A DNA stretch of 63,516 nucleotides, filler included, from Octopus bimaculoides (taxonomy: Eukaryota), in the NCBI RefSeq assembly GCF_001194135.2. It is 4 parts of 3 records of this genome, joined end to end, with 100 filler letters (N's around TTAATTAATTAA, not from the genome) between each part and the next. Parts side by side here need not be neighbours in the genome. Positions count along the whole stretch, not along the records: positions 28,154 to 55,894 come from NC_069000.1; positions 55,995 to 60,800 come from NC_068988.1; positions 60,901 to 63,516 come from NC_068989.1; 1 more part is not named here. The stretch is one strand, 5' to 3'. Under the pieces are notes generated by a model. It ran no database searches. It saw only the letters and a list, made by a program, of their open reading frames with translations, and had not been told where the DNA came from. Shown one piece after another: positions 52,683-63,516 of this stretch. A program made the translations under genes and the position numbers. The first letter of the stretch is position 1; the number at the start of each line of letters is the position of its first letter.

Positions 52683-53527
52683 AATATAAATAACAGCTAA
52701 GTGGTGGCTTTAAGTCATGTGGCATAGAGAAATAGATGGACATAGCAATGACATGAATGGCTCTAAGTCTAATCGACTAAGAAGTGAAGAGCAGGGTTAG
52801 CAAGTTATTTTTATTAATGGAACACTAGGCATTCTAGAAACTTCCAAGAGAAACACCAAGCTTCTTGAATAATTAAGAATCACGTCTCATGACACAGATG
52901 CTTCGAGAAACTTAGGAAGGGAGGTTACTCTATAATCATTCTTGCAAGGGAGATCATTCAACTATCTAGCTACTGCTACACCTCCTATATGCAATTTTTC
53001 TCTTAAGACACACACACTCTGTCATTTGTGCACACTGACATTGCACATCCAGCAGTGCATGCTAGCTTCTTGAAATCCTTCTACCCTATAGTTTGAAGTT
53101 GCTAATGACTAACCTATGCTGAGAGATACATTCTTCACGTTTTTGAGTAACTATGGATCTTGTTTTCTGGTGAGAAGGTAGTTAAACTGGCTAGCTTGGC
53201 CACCAGATTCAGTGAATGAACCACCCATCTCAGTCTTACCAATTTGCAATTTTATAGGAAAATTAAAAAAAAAATCTTGAGCTTCAGGAAGATCATATGT
53301 AGCTAAAATGCTTGTGAAGCCTAAGAAGTACTGGGTAGTTCCCCCTCCCTCACACAAACAAGACAAGTAGGAGTTAAATTGAGTAGTGGACAGAAGGTGC
53401 ACATAAAAGGATAACATATTCCTATGAAGCATCCAAGACAACTGAAAATTACAACAGAAGAATTGTCTATCTTAATTTCATTTTAATTCATGCCGGAAAA
53501 TATTTGTAACAGTATAAGATACTTTAC

Positions 53528-53636
53528 CTGATACTCCTTCTTGGTCCACTCCTAATAGGAAACCACCAATAATAATTCCACAGCAAACTAGAGCTGCTTT
53601 TGATGTTTCTTGTTTCAAAATAATGTAAGAAAATAC
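53528..53636 (-). CDS. SLC35C1: GDP-fucose transporter 1, internal coding exon (109 nt, phase 0 to 1); not in the ORF track
   Basis: Reverse complement reads tttcag|GTA TTT TCT TAC...GGA GTA TCA G|gtaaag = [36 protein letters not shown](G), homologous to human [38 protein letters not shown]. The terminal G joins GT at 42180-42179 to give Gly, in frame with the last exon. Confidence 0.93.
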
Positions 53637-53912
53637 CTGAAATGAAAATGATGAGAAAAATTTGGAGAAAAAGAGATTGTGAGATTTTATATATATATAT
53701 ATATATAATAATAATAATATTAGGGATAAAAATCCAAATTTACAGGTAAATTAATTTATCAAAACTTAAAATTAAATTAAATTTCACAGTATATAATATA
53801 TGAATATATAATTTAGAGAAAAGAACCACAGTTCCTGAACTCCTGCATGAGAATCCACAGTCACATACAGAAAAAAATTTAATAAGTGAATACACTAAAA
53901 AGAACTATAATA

Positions 53913-54275
53913 AAATACAAAGTAATAATTATTAAAAAAATAAAATGACTACACATGTTTCATAACCAAATTTTCAAATAGAAAATCAAATCAAATCAAA
54001 TCGATTAAAATAAATCAATTGAAAATCAATTCTATTCAAAAATATAGCTAATCTTCGGGTCAAAATACAACAATAATAATAATAAAATANNNNNNNNNNA
54101 AAATACAAAGTAATAAATATTAAAATAATAAAATGACTACACGTGTTTCATAACCACATTTTCAAATAGGAAATAAAATAAAAATAAAATCGATTCAAAA
54201 TAAATCAATCGAAAATCAATTCTATTCAAAAATATAGTTAATCTTCAGATCAAAACAATAATATTAATAATAAAA
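53913..54275. repeat. Two diverged tandem copies of a ~185-bp A-rich unit separated by a 10-N gap
   Basis: aaaatacaaagtaataa...aaaatgactacac.tgtttcataacc...gaaaatcaattctattcaaaaatatag occurs twice; probably part of a retroelement remnant at 53705-54420. Confidence 0.75.
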
Positions 54276-54778
54276 TGAATGTATATATAGATCAACTATC
54301 AATAAATAACAGATGAATTTGTATAAAAATACTTATTTTACCAATAAATCAAAAAGAAACATTAAACAAAACAATATTATTGAAAATAAATGCAACACTA
54401 ATCTTATCAAAGTTTTGGTTTAAACTAAAATGTTAAACTATTAACTTAGCGTTAAATAGAATATCAACTAACAATAAATAACAATTCAATTTGATGGTGA
54501 AACATCTTGCCTTCTTCCCTTTTTGAATAAAATATTCAAGTAGATAAAGTATGAGATTGTAGGTAGCATATGTTTTGAGTATCAAATACAGGTACAGACA
54601 ATAATTAAGTTGTTTTTTTTTGTTTTTTGTTAACACAGTTGCAGAAAACAGACACTAACTATAATTTTTCACATGACCTAAGCTGCAAGCAATGAGTGTC
54701 TTGTGTTCAGAAAGGGATCTTTCTCATTTGTTCAGCACCACAGAAATAAAATGGAATATATGCTATTATCTTCTCCAA

Positions 54779-55054
54779 TGTTATATGATCCGATTCTGTT
54801 GGTGCTGTATTCCTCTCGGGGACTTGCAGAGAAAACACGAGTTGTACTATTTAGTTATTACATTTATTTATTAACTATAAACAAAGAACTCACTCACCGA
54901 ATTGTTAGTTATCAAGAAACAAGAATGTTGTCCTCCAATAACATTCAACCTCGACGGTCACTCAAAACACCAACGAAACAGGGACCTCAGACGAACTATA
55001 TTGAAATATGGGACTTCAGACGAACAACAAACAAATCTAACAGTTCGTATAACA
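54779..55054 (-). mobile_element. 3' LTR (276 bp)
   Basis: Minus strand starts TGTTATACGA after the PPT and ends TCATATAACA (10-bp terminal inverted repeat, 9/10); AATAAA at 54863-54872. Confidence 0.82.
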
Positions 55055-55894
55055 CCTCCCCACTGAAATTGATGCTACACAAGAAGTATCAACAGCAAAG
55101 TCTCTCTTGGGTTTTACGGGTTCTCTTGGACCGTCTTGGGTTGTCTGGTCCATACTCCAGAGCGAGTAACATGGTCTTGGGTCAGGTTTGTCTTTGAGTT
55201 AGTGGCACAGTTTCTGAGGTCTCCATCGGGTGATCTGTTGCAAATTCAAATACAGTGTCTTCTGCATCACCAGGTTCATTGTCTTCCTCAGTTGTGTCCG
55301 CGGTCGCAGCTGTTCCCAGTGTCGTCTCCACATTGGGCCATGAGGTATGACTCTGACGTTAAAGCAGCGAGTACCCAATGATTTCTTAATGATTGCTGGT
55401 ACCCATCAGGGAGCTTTGTCTCGGCGAGATCCATAGTATAGTGCATACACAGAATCTCCGGCCTTGTACTGCCTGGTAACTTTAGCGACATCAGCCGAGC
55501 CTAGAGTCATCTGAGACTTATATGCTTCCTTAGAATGTTTGCCTTGAGCAATGTGTGCTGGCGATGGCAGCAGTGAATCAATCCTTGTTCGTATCTGCCG
55601 GTGATTCAAAAGTTCACTTGGAGAGAATCCACAGGATGTTGGTGTTCTCCGGTACTGCATCAAGAACTCCTGAAGTGCTCGTGTCGGCGGAAGAGAAGAC
55701 TTCCTCAGAGCTTGTTCGAAGGTCTGCACCAAATGTTCCACTGCTCCGTTGGTAGCTGGGTGGTAAGGTGCTCCTGTCAGGTGTGTGATCCCACGTTCTT
55801 TGCACCAGCTCTGGAACTCCTCAGACGTAAAAGTTGGTGCGTTATCGGTGACCAGTGTGTGAGGAAATCTGAAGTGCGCAAAGTCTTCCTCAAG
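54779..55894 (-). mobile_element. Ty3/Gypsy LTR retrotransposon 3' part (integrase C-terminal half, PPT and 3' LTR); the rest is lost in the gap
   Basis: LVTDNAPTFTSEEFQSWCKERGITHLTGAPYHPATNGAVEHLVQTF...FLMQYRRTPT..GFSPSELLN.RQIRT (rve core); ends PRRSKRTRK; polypurine tract GTGGGGAGG directly before the LTR. Confidence 0.93.
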
Positions 55895-58800
55895 NNNNNN
55901 NNNNNNNNNNNNNNNNNNNNNNNNNNNNNNNNNNNNNNTTAATTAATTAANNNNNNNNNNNNNNNNNNNNNNNNNNNNNNNNNNNNNNNNNNNNTATATA
56001 TATATATATATATATAAAATATATCTAAATATATATATTATATATATATGTGCGTGTGTGTGTGTATCCGTGTGTGTACTATCAAGTATAACAAAGTCCA
56101 TATGGGCGTAAGCCAGTTTTGGGAATGTGATGTACTTTTTATATGCGTTTATACGCTACACGTGGTTTTCTATATGTTTTTATGCAATATAAAAACTAAA
56201 TCGCTTAGATATTGGGTTGAAAATGAATGGGAATGAATAAGGATAATCTATTTGCCCTTACTGATCTCTATATCGATGTCACATAATTATGCATCGTTTT
56301 TCATTCTATCTCTAACAGATTACAAACGATTATTTTCAGTATCATTATCTCTGTTAGATGTAAAAGGAAAATGAAAAAATCTATATGCACCGAATGGAAG
56401 TTTAAAATTATTGAATTGGTAGCATCTCTGCAGTAATTCTTACTTCCTTACATTGGAGAATGTTTGCAAGTATTAAAAAAAGGCAAAATAATATCCGATT
56501 ACAATAGGTTCTATTCTGTAGTTAGTTATACGATAAAAATCAACTTGGAATAAAGCACTCTCAATTAAAGTATACTGAAAGGAGAATGAAGTCGTAGAAA
56601 GCACTTTAACAATGGAAGCATAAGAAAAATAGTATCTAAACGTTACGGATGTTGAATTATGTACAGAAATATATTAATCTGCGGGTGATTACAATGATAT
56701 TTTACATGTTTATCATTTTCAGAGCCAAATAAAAGCCAATTGTATATATCGCTTTATAACATATTCTTTTATTCCACTGGAAATGCTTACTGTGATACGA
56801 ATCGAATGATATTGATATGGTATTCATACTGTAATATACTACTGAGATATTTTAGAAATGGTTCTTCGAAAGAAATGTGTAATTGTATGAATGTGTAATC
56901 GATTGACCTGGTTGAATTAGCAGCCAAATTCCTTTAATACACAGTATTATCGCCTCAAAGTATTACAAAGTTTACGTTCGCAGATGTAGTTCTAATGTCA
57001 ATATAAAATTTTGACATGGTCAGTATTGACCGTATCATAATTCTTTTCAGTTAAGACTGACCTTTGGCTAAAGACCAGGAAGTGAAAACTCTTTATAAAA
57101 TTGGCTTCAAAATCTCATATTTATCAGATAATGCTGCGCCGCATCGCATCAGTAACATTATAACGCTTCAATTATCGTTATGCAAAAACAAAAACAAAAA
57201 AATTATTCCTCTATTTAAGTATATTAAAAGGTACGAAGTATGTTTACTTTGAACAAAATTAAATTTCTTATGAAATGCTAGCTAATGACTACTATCCTGT
57301 TAATCACTGCTCTTTAACACTATTGATGTTGAATACATTAAATACTCAGAGACGCCAGTTATAGTTTAATATGCCGACATTTCCTTTTTATGATTATATT
57401 AACAGTTGGTATCATTTTCCACGAAAGCTCGATATTTTTATCTAGATATTTTATATAGCAACTCAGAATCAAGTCTGCCAGAAAGCAAAGTGCTAGTTAT
57501 CTTCAGCTGATAAGGGAAAATAGCGCGTAAAAGTGGTGAGTGGTGATTTGATTTTCTTACACAGGGAATCAATAATGTCTGCTAATCCCTATTTTTCTTT
57601 GATCATCGCATTTAAGCCTACTACAGTTGATGCTGTAGGCAAATCACTGGAATCAATCGCATAAAATGTTTGATTGTGCATTAACTTGTAGCAGTACGAA
57701 GCTGTGATTGGGTTTAATATTTTCTAAACTAAAAATCACATAAGCTATTGCTTTCAAAAGATGGCAACAAATTTTAGCTGTAGATATGTTGATTCAAACA
57801 GAGTCGATATGTGAATGCCTTATAACTACTAGAATTATCAGAAAAAGTAACATAACTATCTATGATCCTCCCGTTGCAATTGAATACAACTTTCCCGACT
57901 TAGGTAGAAATCAAATGTTTACCATTTGCCAAATATATGTTGGATGCAACACGATTTCGTGCAATGCGATTCTTTCGTTATTCGTTAAAGTGTTATGGAT
58001 ATATCCTTCAGTTCTGCTAAGAACTTAATCACTCTTGCACGGATAGTGAGCAACGGGCGCCTCTAATGATAGGTGTTCAGAAAATTACCCTCTAATTTGA
58101 CACATGCCTTCATTCCTTCGTGGAATTTTTCATTGTGCGTTTTACCTATTTTCAGTTACAGCCAGCTCTAATATGCATCGCATAATAGTGGTTTTAAAAA
58201 TATGGTGATGAACGTACTTGTGACTGTTTTAAGTGATTGGAGCCTAATACAGAGATATTCCTATTTCATAATTAACACATACATTTGTTGAAAAAGAACA
58301 CATTTACTTCGCTGGATGTAAACGCTGTCGCAGGAGTTGCATCGGAGATTTCTTTCTCCTAGAAGTATATTTAAATAAATAAAAAATTGGTATCACACCC
58401 GGATCTGGGTCGACTGTTAAATCTACTGACATTATCAGCCCCATAACAGCGTTTGCTTTTCAGCTTTCACCTTGTTCAACAATAACTTACAAATAAAGCT
58501 TGGTAGTTTTGTCGGTTTAGTCGCCGACAACACGTCAATGAGATATGTTACCAATGGAGGTTTACATGGGTTACGTGTTACCAGTAGAGTGATTTGACAT
58601 AACATACTTACACGTATACGTATATGCACATATATAATCATTGAACGTCATATATTGGTTTCAAATTTTGGCACAAGCTCAGCAATTTCGAACAACGCAG
58701 TAACTCGAGAGGTAAAAATTTTTTCATCCACAAAGTATAAAAGAAAAATGTCGACCACGGCGGAATTCAAATGTGCGTTATTATATATCCATTAGATCCA

Positions 58801-60066
58801 ATCTTCTTTATTGGGTTCACGTTAGACATTACGTAACCAATTATGTAAACTTGCGCTTTTCAGAGATGTAGTTATGCAAAGCAATGTGGTGTGAGCTATC
58901 TATTGTTGGAGGTAAACAGACGCATACGGTTTATGGCTGCAGTGAAAAAGGCGATAAATCTACCCGAGCAAAGGTTAATTTAAGTGTTATGTGCCTTGGT
59001 ACCAAAGCACTGTCTCTCTGGGTGTCGCACATTGGAAAAGAGTGTATAGAACATGTGTGTGTTCTTCATGGTTGGTGTCCATGTAGAATTGTAATTTGTG
59101 CGCTGGTATTATATGTGGATCTTTTTATATTATTGGTGGTGGGGTGTTTAAAATATGAATCGGATTCACCATATCTATATATATATATATANNNNNNNNN
59201 NNNNNNNNNNNNNNNNNNNNNNNNNNNNNNNNNNNNNNNNNNNNNNNNNNNNNNNNNNNNNNNNNNNNNNNNNNNNNNNNNNNNNNNNNNNNNNNNNNNN
59301 NNNNNNNNNNNNNNNNNNNNNNNNNNNNNNNNNNNNNNNNNNNNNNNNNNNNNNNNNNNNNNNNNNNNNNNNNNNNNNNNNNNNNNNNNNNNNNNNNNNN
59401 NNNNNNNNNNNNNNNNNNNNNNNNNNNNNNNNNNNNNNNNNNNNNNNNNNNNNNNNNNNNNNNNNNNNNNNNNNNNNNNNNNNNNNNNNNNNNNNNNNNN
59501 NNNNNNNNNNNNNNNNNNNNNNNNNNNNNNNNNNNNNNNNNNNNNNNNNNNNNNNNNNNNNNNNNNNNNNNNNNNNNNNNNNNNNNNNNNNNNNNNNNNN
59601 NNNNNNNNNNNNNNNNNNNNNNNNNNNNNNNNNNNNNNNNNNNNNNNNNNNNNNNNNNNNNNNNNNNNNNNNNNNNNNNNNNNNNNNNNNNNNNNNNNNN
59701 NNNNNNNNNNNNNNNNNNNNNNNNNNNNNNNNNNNNNNNNNNNNNNNNNNNNNNNNNNNNNNNNNNNNNNNNNNNNNNNNNNNNNNNNNNNNNNNNNNNN
59801 NNNNNNNNNNNNNNNNNNNNNNNNNNNNNNNNNNNNNNNNNNNNNNNNNNNNNNNNNNNNNNNNNNNNNNNNNNNNNNNNNNNNNNNNNNNNNNNNNNNN
59901 NNNNNNNNNNNNNNNNNNNNNNNNNNNNNNNNNNNNNNNNNNNNNNNNNNNNNNNNNNNNNNNNNNNNNNNNNNNNNNNNNNNNNNNNNNNNNNNNNNNN
60001 NNNNNNNNNNNNNATATACATATGTATATATATATATATACATATATATATGTATATATATATGTA

Positions 60067-60105
<39 letters not shown>

Positions 60106-60900
60106 AAGATTCATATGTTTATGCATGTATATATGTCTAAATATATATATATATGTGTGTGTGTGTATATGCGTGTGGGTGTGTGTGGTGTGTGTGTGTA
60201 TACAGACACATACACACATAAAAGTTTATATGTATATACCTAAGCACTCACACAAATTCATCCGTATACACCCACAACATTCTTAGAACGTTATAAGTGA
60301 TAAAGTGATTCACGAAACATTACAAGTAGATTCGTAATAATAAAAAGTATACTAACATTAACTTCAAGCTTCCTAGACACATAAACAAATCATTCATTTT
60401 AAAACTAAATGATTGAAGAAGTTTCACACGAGTCGAAAGCAATACAATACCTTTTAACAATTATATAGGTAAAAAGTAATGCTATAGATACAAAATATTT
60501 CTTAGGTAATATAAAACGGTTTTAGTATTGCTTACGTTAGGATGCTACTTCTGAAAATCAGAGTTTAGCATCGAATACATTAAAATGTCTCAAGTTTATG
60601 TGTGTGTGTTGTGTGTGTTGTGTGTGTTGTGTGTGTGTATGTGTGTGTGGATGTGTGTGTGTGTGTAACTGACACTATATATGAGAGATATAAATAGATA
60701 CATATACAAATACAGACAGACAGTGAGACAGTCAGACAGAAAGACAGGCAAGTAAATATATGCATATAAATATATACATATATATACATATAAATATATA
60801 NNNNNNNNNNNNNNNNNNNNNNNNNNNNNNNNNNNNNNNNNNNNTTAATTAATTAANNNNNNNNNNNNNNNNNNNNNNNNNNNNNNNNNNNNNNNNNNNN

Positions 60901-61204
60901 AAACTTTCAAAATACAAAGACCTGGAAATAGAGGTAACTCGAATGTGGAATCTAAAAACAGAAACAATTCCTATCATAGTAGGTGCCCTAGGTATAATAA
61001 AAAAAATATTCAGACAAATACATAACAAAAACACCAGGACTTACAAATATATATAACATACAGAAAATTGCACTACTGGGCACTGCACACATCATACGCA
61101 AAACACTTTCAATATAGTAACCATAAGAGCACCACACCACATACCCAAGGCGCACAGAGCTGCGCTCGGTAGTGAAGTGAAAGCACGTTATAAAAATAAA
61201 ACTA

Positions 61205-61243
<39 letters not shown>

Positions 61244-61272
61244 TATAATAATAATTATAATAATAATAATAA
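60901..61272 (+). mobile_element. 3' end of an R4/Dong-type non-LTR element with a (TAA)n tail
   Basis: KLSKYKDLEIEVTRMWNLKTETIPIIVGALG...IQKIALLGTAHIIRKTLSI* (one +1 slip in an A run), short 3' UTR, then (AAT)n at 61208-61272. Confidence 0.88.
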
Positions 61273-61917
61273 TGACTGGTATACTCCACACCAAAATTGA
61301 CACGGACAGACTATATGTACCATGGTACATATAGCAGCATGGTATCTAAAACGTAGCATTGTATCTAAAACGTAGCATGGTATCTAAAAAAAAGCCACAG
61401 AACCGCTATTATGGGAAGTAAGAAGGTCAGGCTTGTGTAGGATGGAAGATTGCAAAATAAACGACTGTACAAGCACTTTAGAATAAATGAAACTGAAAAT
61501 TGGTGGATAAAGAAAAGAAGTTATACACGAGCAAGCATTAAGAACGAATTACATCAGACACTGAACAGACACATCAGAAAGTGATAAGTGCGGAATCTGT
61601 GGACAAAATGGTGAAACCGTATGTTATATTACCAGTAAAAGTACGCCAATAGTCCGGAAAGGATATAAGAGGCGTTATGACAAGGGTTGTCCATTGGACA
61701 CTTTGCAACATGCATGGACTTGACATAGCAAAAATGTAGTACGAACATACAACCCGAAGGCGTCATCGAAACTGACAATGTTACGGTCCTATTGGATTTT
61801 CTGATTCAATGCGATAATGTGATAGTGAATAGGAAACCAGACATAGCGTTAATTGAGAAAGAAAGCAAACGATACCACATTATGGATATAGCATGCCCAG
61901 CTGATAACAGGGTATCA
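61273..61917 (+). mobile_element. Older, internally deleted R4/Dong-type fragment (CCHC and restriction-like endonuclease region)
   Basis: MTGILHTKIDTDRLYV; ICGQNGETV...KRRYDK; VVHWTLC; DFLIQCDNVIVNRKPDIALIEKESKRYHIMDIACPADNRVSE (PD..D motif). Confidence 0.8.
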
Positions 61918-61947
61918 GAAGAAGAAGAAGAAGAAGAAGAAGAAGAA

Positions 61948-61979
<32 letters not shown>

Positions 61980-62778
61980 AGAAGAAGAAAAAGAAGAAAA
62001 AAGAAGTGAAGAAGAAGTGAAGAAGAAGTGAAGACGAAGAAGAAATGAAGAAGAAGAAGAAGAAGAAGAAGAAGTAGAAGAAGAAGAGGAAGTGAAGAAG
62101 ACGAAGAAGAGAAAGTGAAGAAGAAAGAAGTGAAGAAGAAAGAAGTGAAGAAGAAATGAAGAAGAAATGAAGAAGAAGAAGAAGAAGAAGAAGAAGGAGA
62201 AGAAGAAGGAGAAGAAGAAGAAGAGGAAGTGAAGAAGAAGAAGAAGAAGAAGAAGAAGAAGAAGAAGAAGAAGAAATGAAGAAGGAGAGGAAGTGAAGAA
62301 GAAGTGAAGAAGCGAAAAAGAAGAATAAGNNNNNNNNNNNNNNNNNNNNNNNNNNNNNNNNNNNNNNNNNNNNNNNNNNNNNNNNNNNNNNNNNNNNNNN
62401 NNNNNNNNNNNNNNNNNNNNNNNNNNNNNNNNNNNNNNNNNNNNNNNNNNNNNNNNNNNNNNNNNNNNNNNNNNNNNNNNNGTGAAGAAGAAATGAAGAA
62501 GAAATGAAGAAGAAGAAGAAGAAGAAGAAGAAGGAGAAGAAGAAGGAGAAGAAGAAGAAGAGGAAGTGAAGAAGAAGAAGAAGAAGAAGAAGAAGAAGAA
62601 GAAGAAGAAGAAATGAAGAAGGAGAGGAAGTGAAGAAGAAGTGAAGAAGCGAAAAAGAAGAATAAGGAGGTGGAGGAGGAGGAAGAGAAGAAGAAGAAGA
62701 AGAAGAAGAAGAAGAAGAAGAAGAAGAAGAAGAAGAAGAAGAAGAAGAAGAAGAAGAAGAAGCAGAAGAAGAAGAAGC
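61918..62778. repeat. Long degenerate (GAA)n tract spanning a gap
   Basis: Direct inspection; 62145-62329 is repeated after the gap at 62482-62666. Confidence 0.95.
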
Positions 62779-63516
62779 TATAAAACGAATGAAATCCAAA
62801 CTAAAACTAGAACTGTAACGGAGCTTGATAAAACGATGGCAAGAAAAGCCCCTTCATGGCAAATACTGGACTAAACTAAATGCATAGGAAATAGACAATC
62901 CCAGCAATGTTTGAGAAGCTCAGAACTCAAAGCAGGGACTCAGGGATTTTTGATTGCAGCTCAGGATTGAAGTCACCCCACCAGAAATTACCAAAAACAT
63001 ATAGTGAAAAGAAACATAATAAGTAACTGGAGAATATGTGGATATGTAGAGATGTACAAGAAACAATAAATCATATTATCACTGGCTGCCCAGTGCTGCC
63101 TAAGAATGAATATATTCAAAGACACGACAGAGTTGGGACCTACATACACTGGACGCTATGCCAACACTATGGAATTACAACAGAAAAATGACGTTATAGG
63201 CACACGCCAGAAAAGGTCACAGAAAACGAGAAAGCAACCATAGTCTGAGATATGCCAATACACACAGATAGAGAAATTAAGGCAAATAGACCAGATATAG
63301 TTGTCAAAGATCATGAAGAAAAAAAATGCTTTCTAATTGATGTATCAATACCAGCAGATGACAACGTTTCTCTAAAAGAAATGGAAAAACTTTCAAAATA
63401 CAAAGACCTGGAAATAGAGGTAACTCGAATGTGGAATCTAAAAACAGAAAAAAATCCTATCATAGTAGGTGCTTTAGGTATAATAAAAAAATATTCAGAC
63501 AAATACATAACAAAAC
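62760..63516 (+). mobile_element. R4/Dong-type LINE ORF C-terminal region (pseudogenised), running off the window end
   Basis: RWQEKPLHGKYW; GFLIAAQD; ETINHIITGCPVL...YIQRHDRV..YIHWTLCQHYG; WDMPIHTDREIKANRPDIVVKD....CFLIDVSIPADDNV; nearly identical to 60901-61030 where they overlap. Confidence 0.9.

Larger units (their letters stand above)
42181..53527 (-). other. SLC35C1: Last coding intron of SLC35C1 (11,347 bp, GT-AG), largely filled by transposon remnants
   Basis: Canonical gtaaag donor and tatag acceptor; the flanking exons give continuous protein homology with no missing segment. Confidence 0.88.

Noticed and set aside
58555-58585. Minus-strand 'SLYW' resembling the SLC35C1 first transmembrane helix
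   Set aside because: Followed immediately by TAA, with an in-frame stop a few codons upstream and no ATG; chance match.
62482-62666. Apparent 185-bp tandem duplication in the GAA tract
   Set aside because: Base-for-base identical to 62145-62329 on either side of the gap; most likely an unmerged contig overlap.

Overview
AT-rich, repeat-dense animal genomic DNA with about 15 N-gaps; the SINE/RTE families and the TTAATTAATTAA gap linkers suggest an Octopus draft assembly (inference from recall, not a search). The only host gene I can support is a minus-strand GDP-fucose transporter (SLC35C1 orthologue). Its last two coding exons (53528-53636 and 41648-42180) join in frame across an 11.3-kb GT-AG intron. 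Its N-terminal ~155 codons are not visible and must lie in a gap or beyond the window. Most of the rest is microsatellite and transposon debris: tRNA-head SINEs, RTE LINEs, a Tx1/L1-type LINE, a decayed CR1-like LINE, three R4/Dong-type LINE pieces, a Gypsy integrase with 3' LTR, and mariner, rosa-like and Tigger-like DNA elements. I found no convincing new protein-coding system. The most unusual signals are structural. (1) Non-autonomous GG...CC-terminated elements with 8-bp TSDs carry telomere-type (CCCTAA/TTAGGG) cores, and one has a filled/empty-site pair inside the window. (2) A 1.4-kb composite foldback with ~560-600-bp arms sits in the SLC35C1 intron and is a likely long-dsRNA/ADAR substrate. 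(3) Two templated insertions with junction microhomologies can be fully reconstructed from nearby sequence. (4) RTEs and a Tc1/mariner element repeatedly sit in the SINE's internal (TA)n tract.
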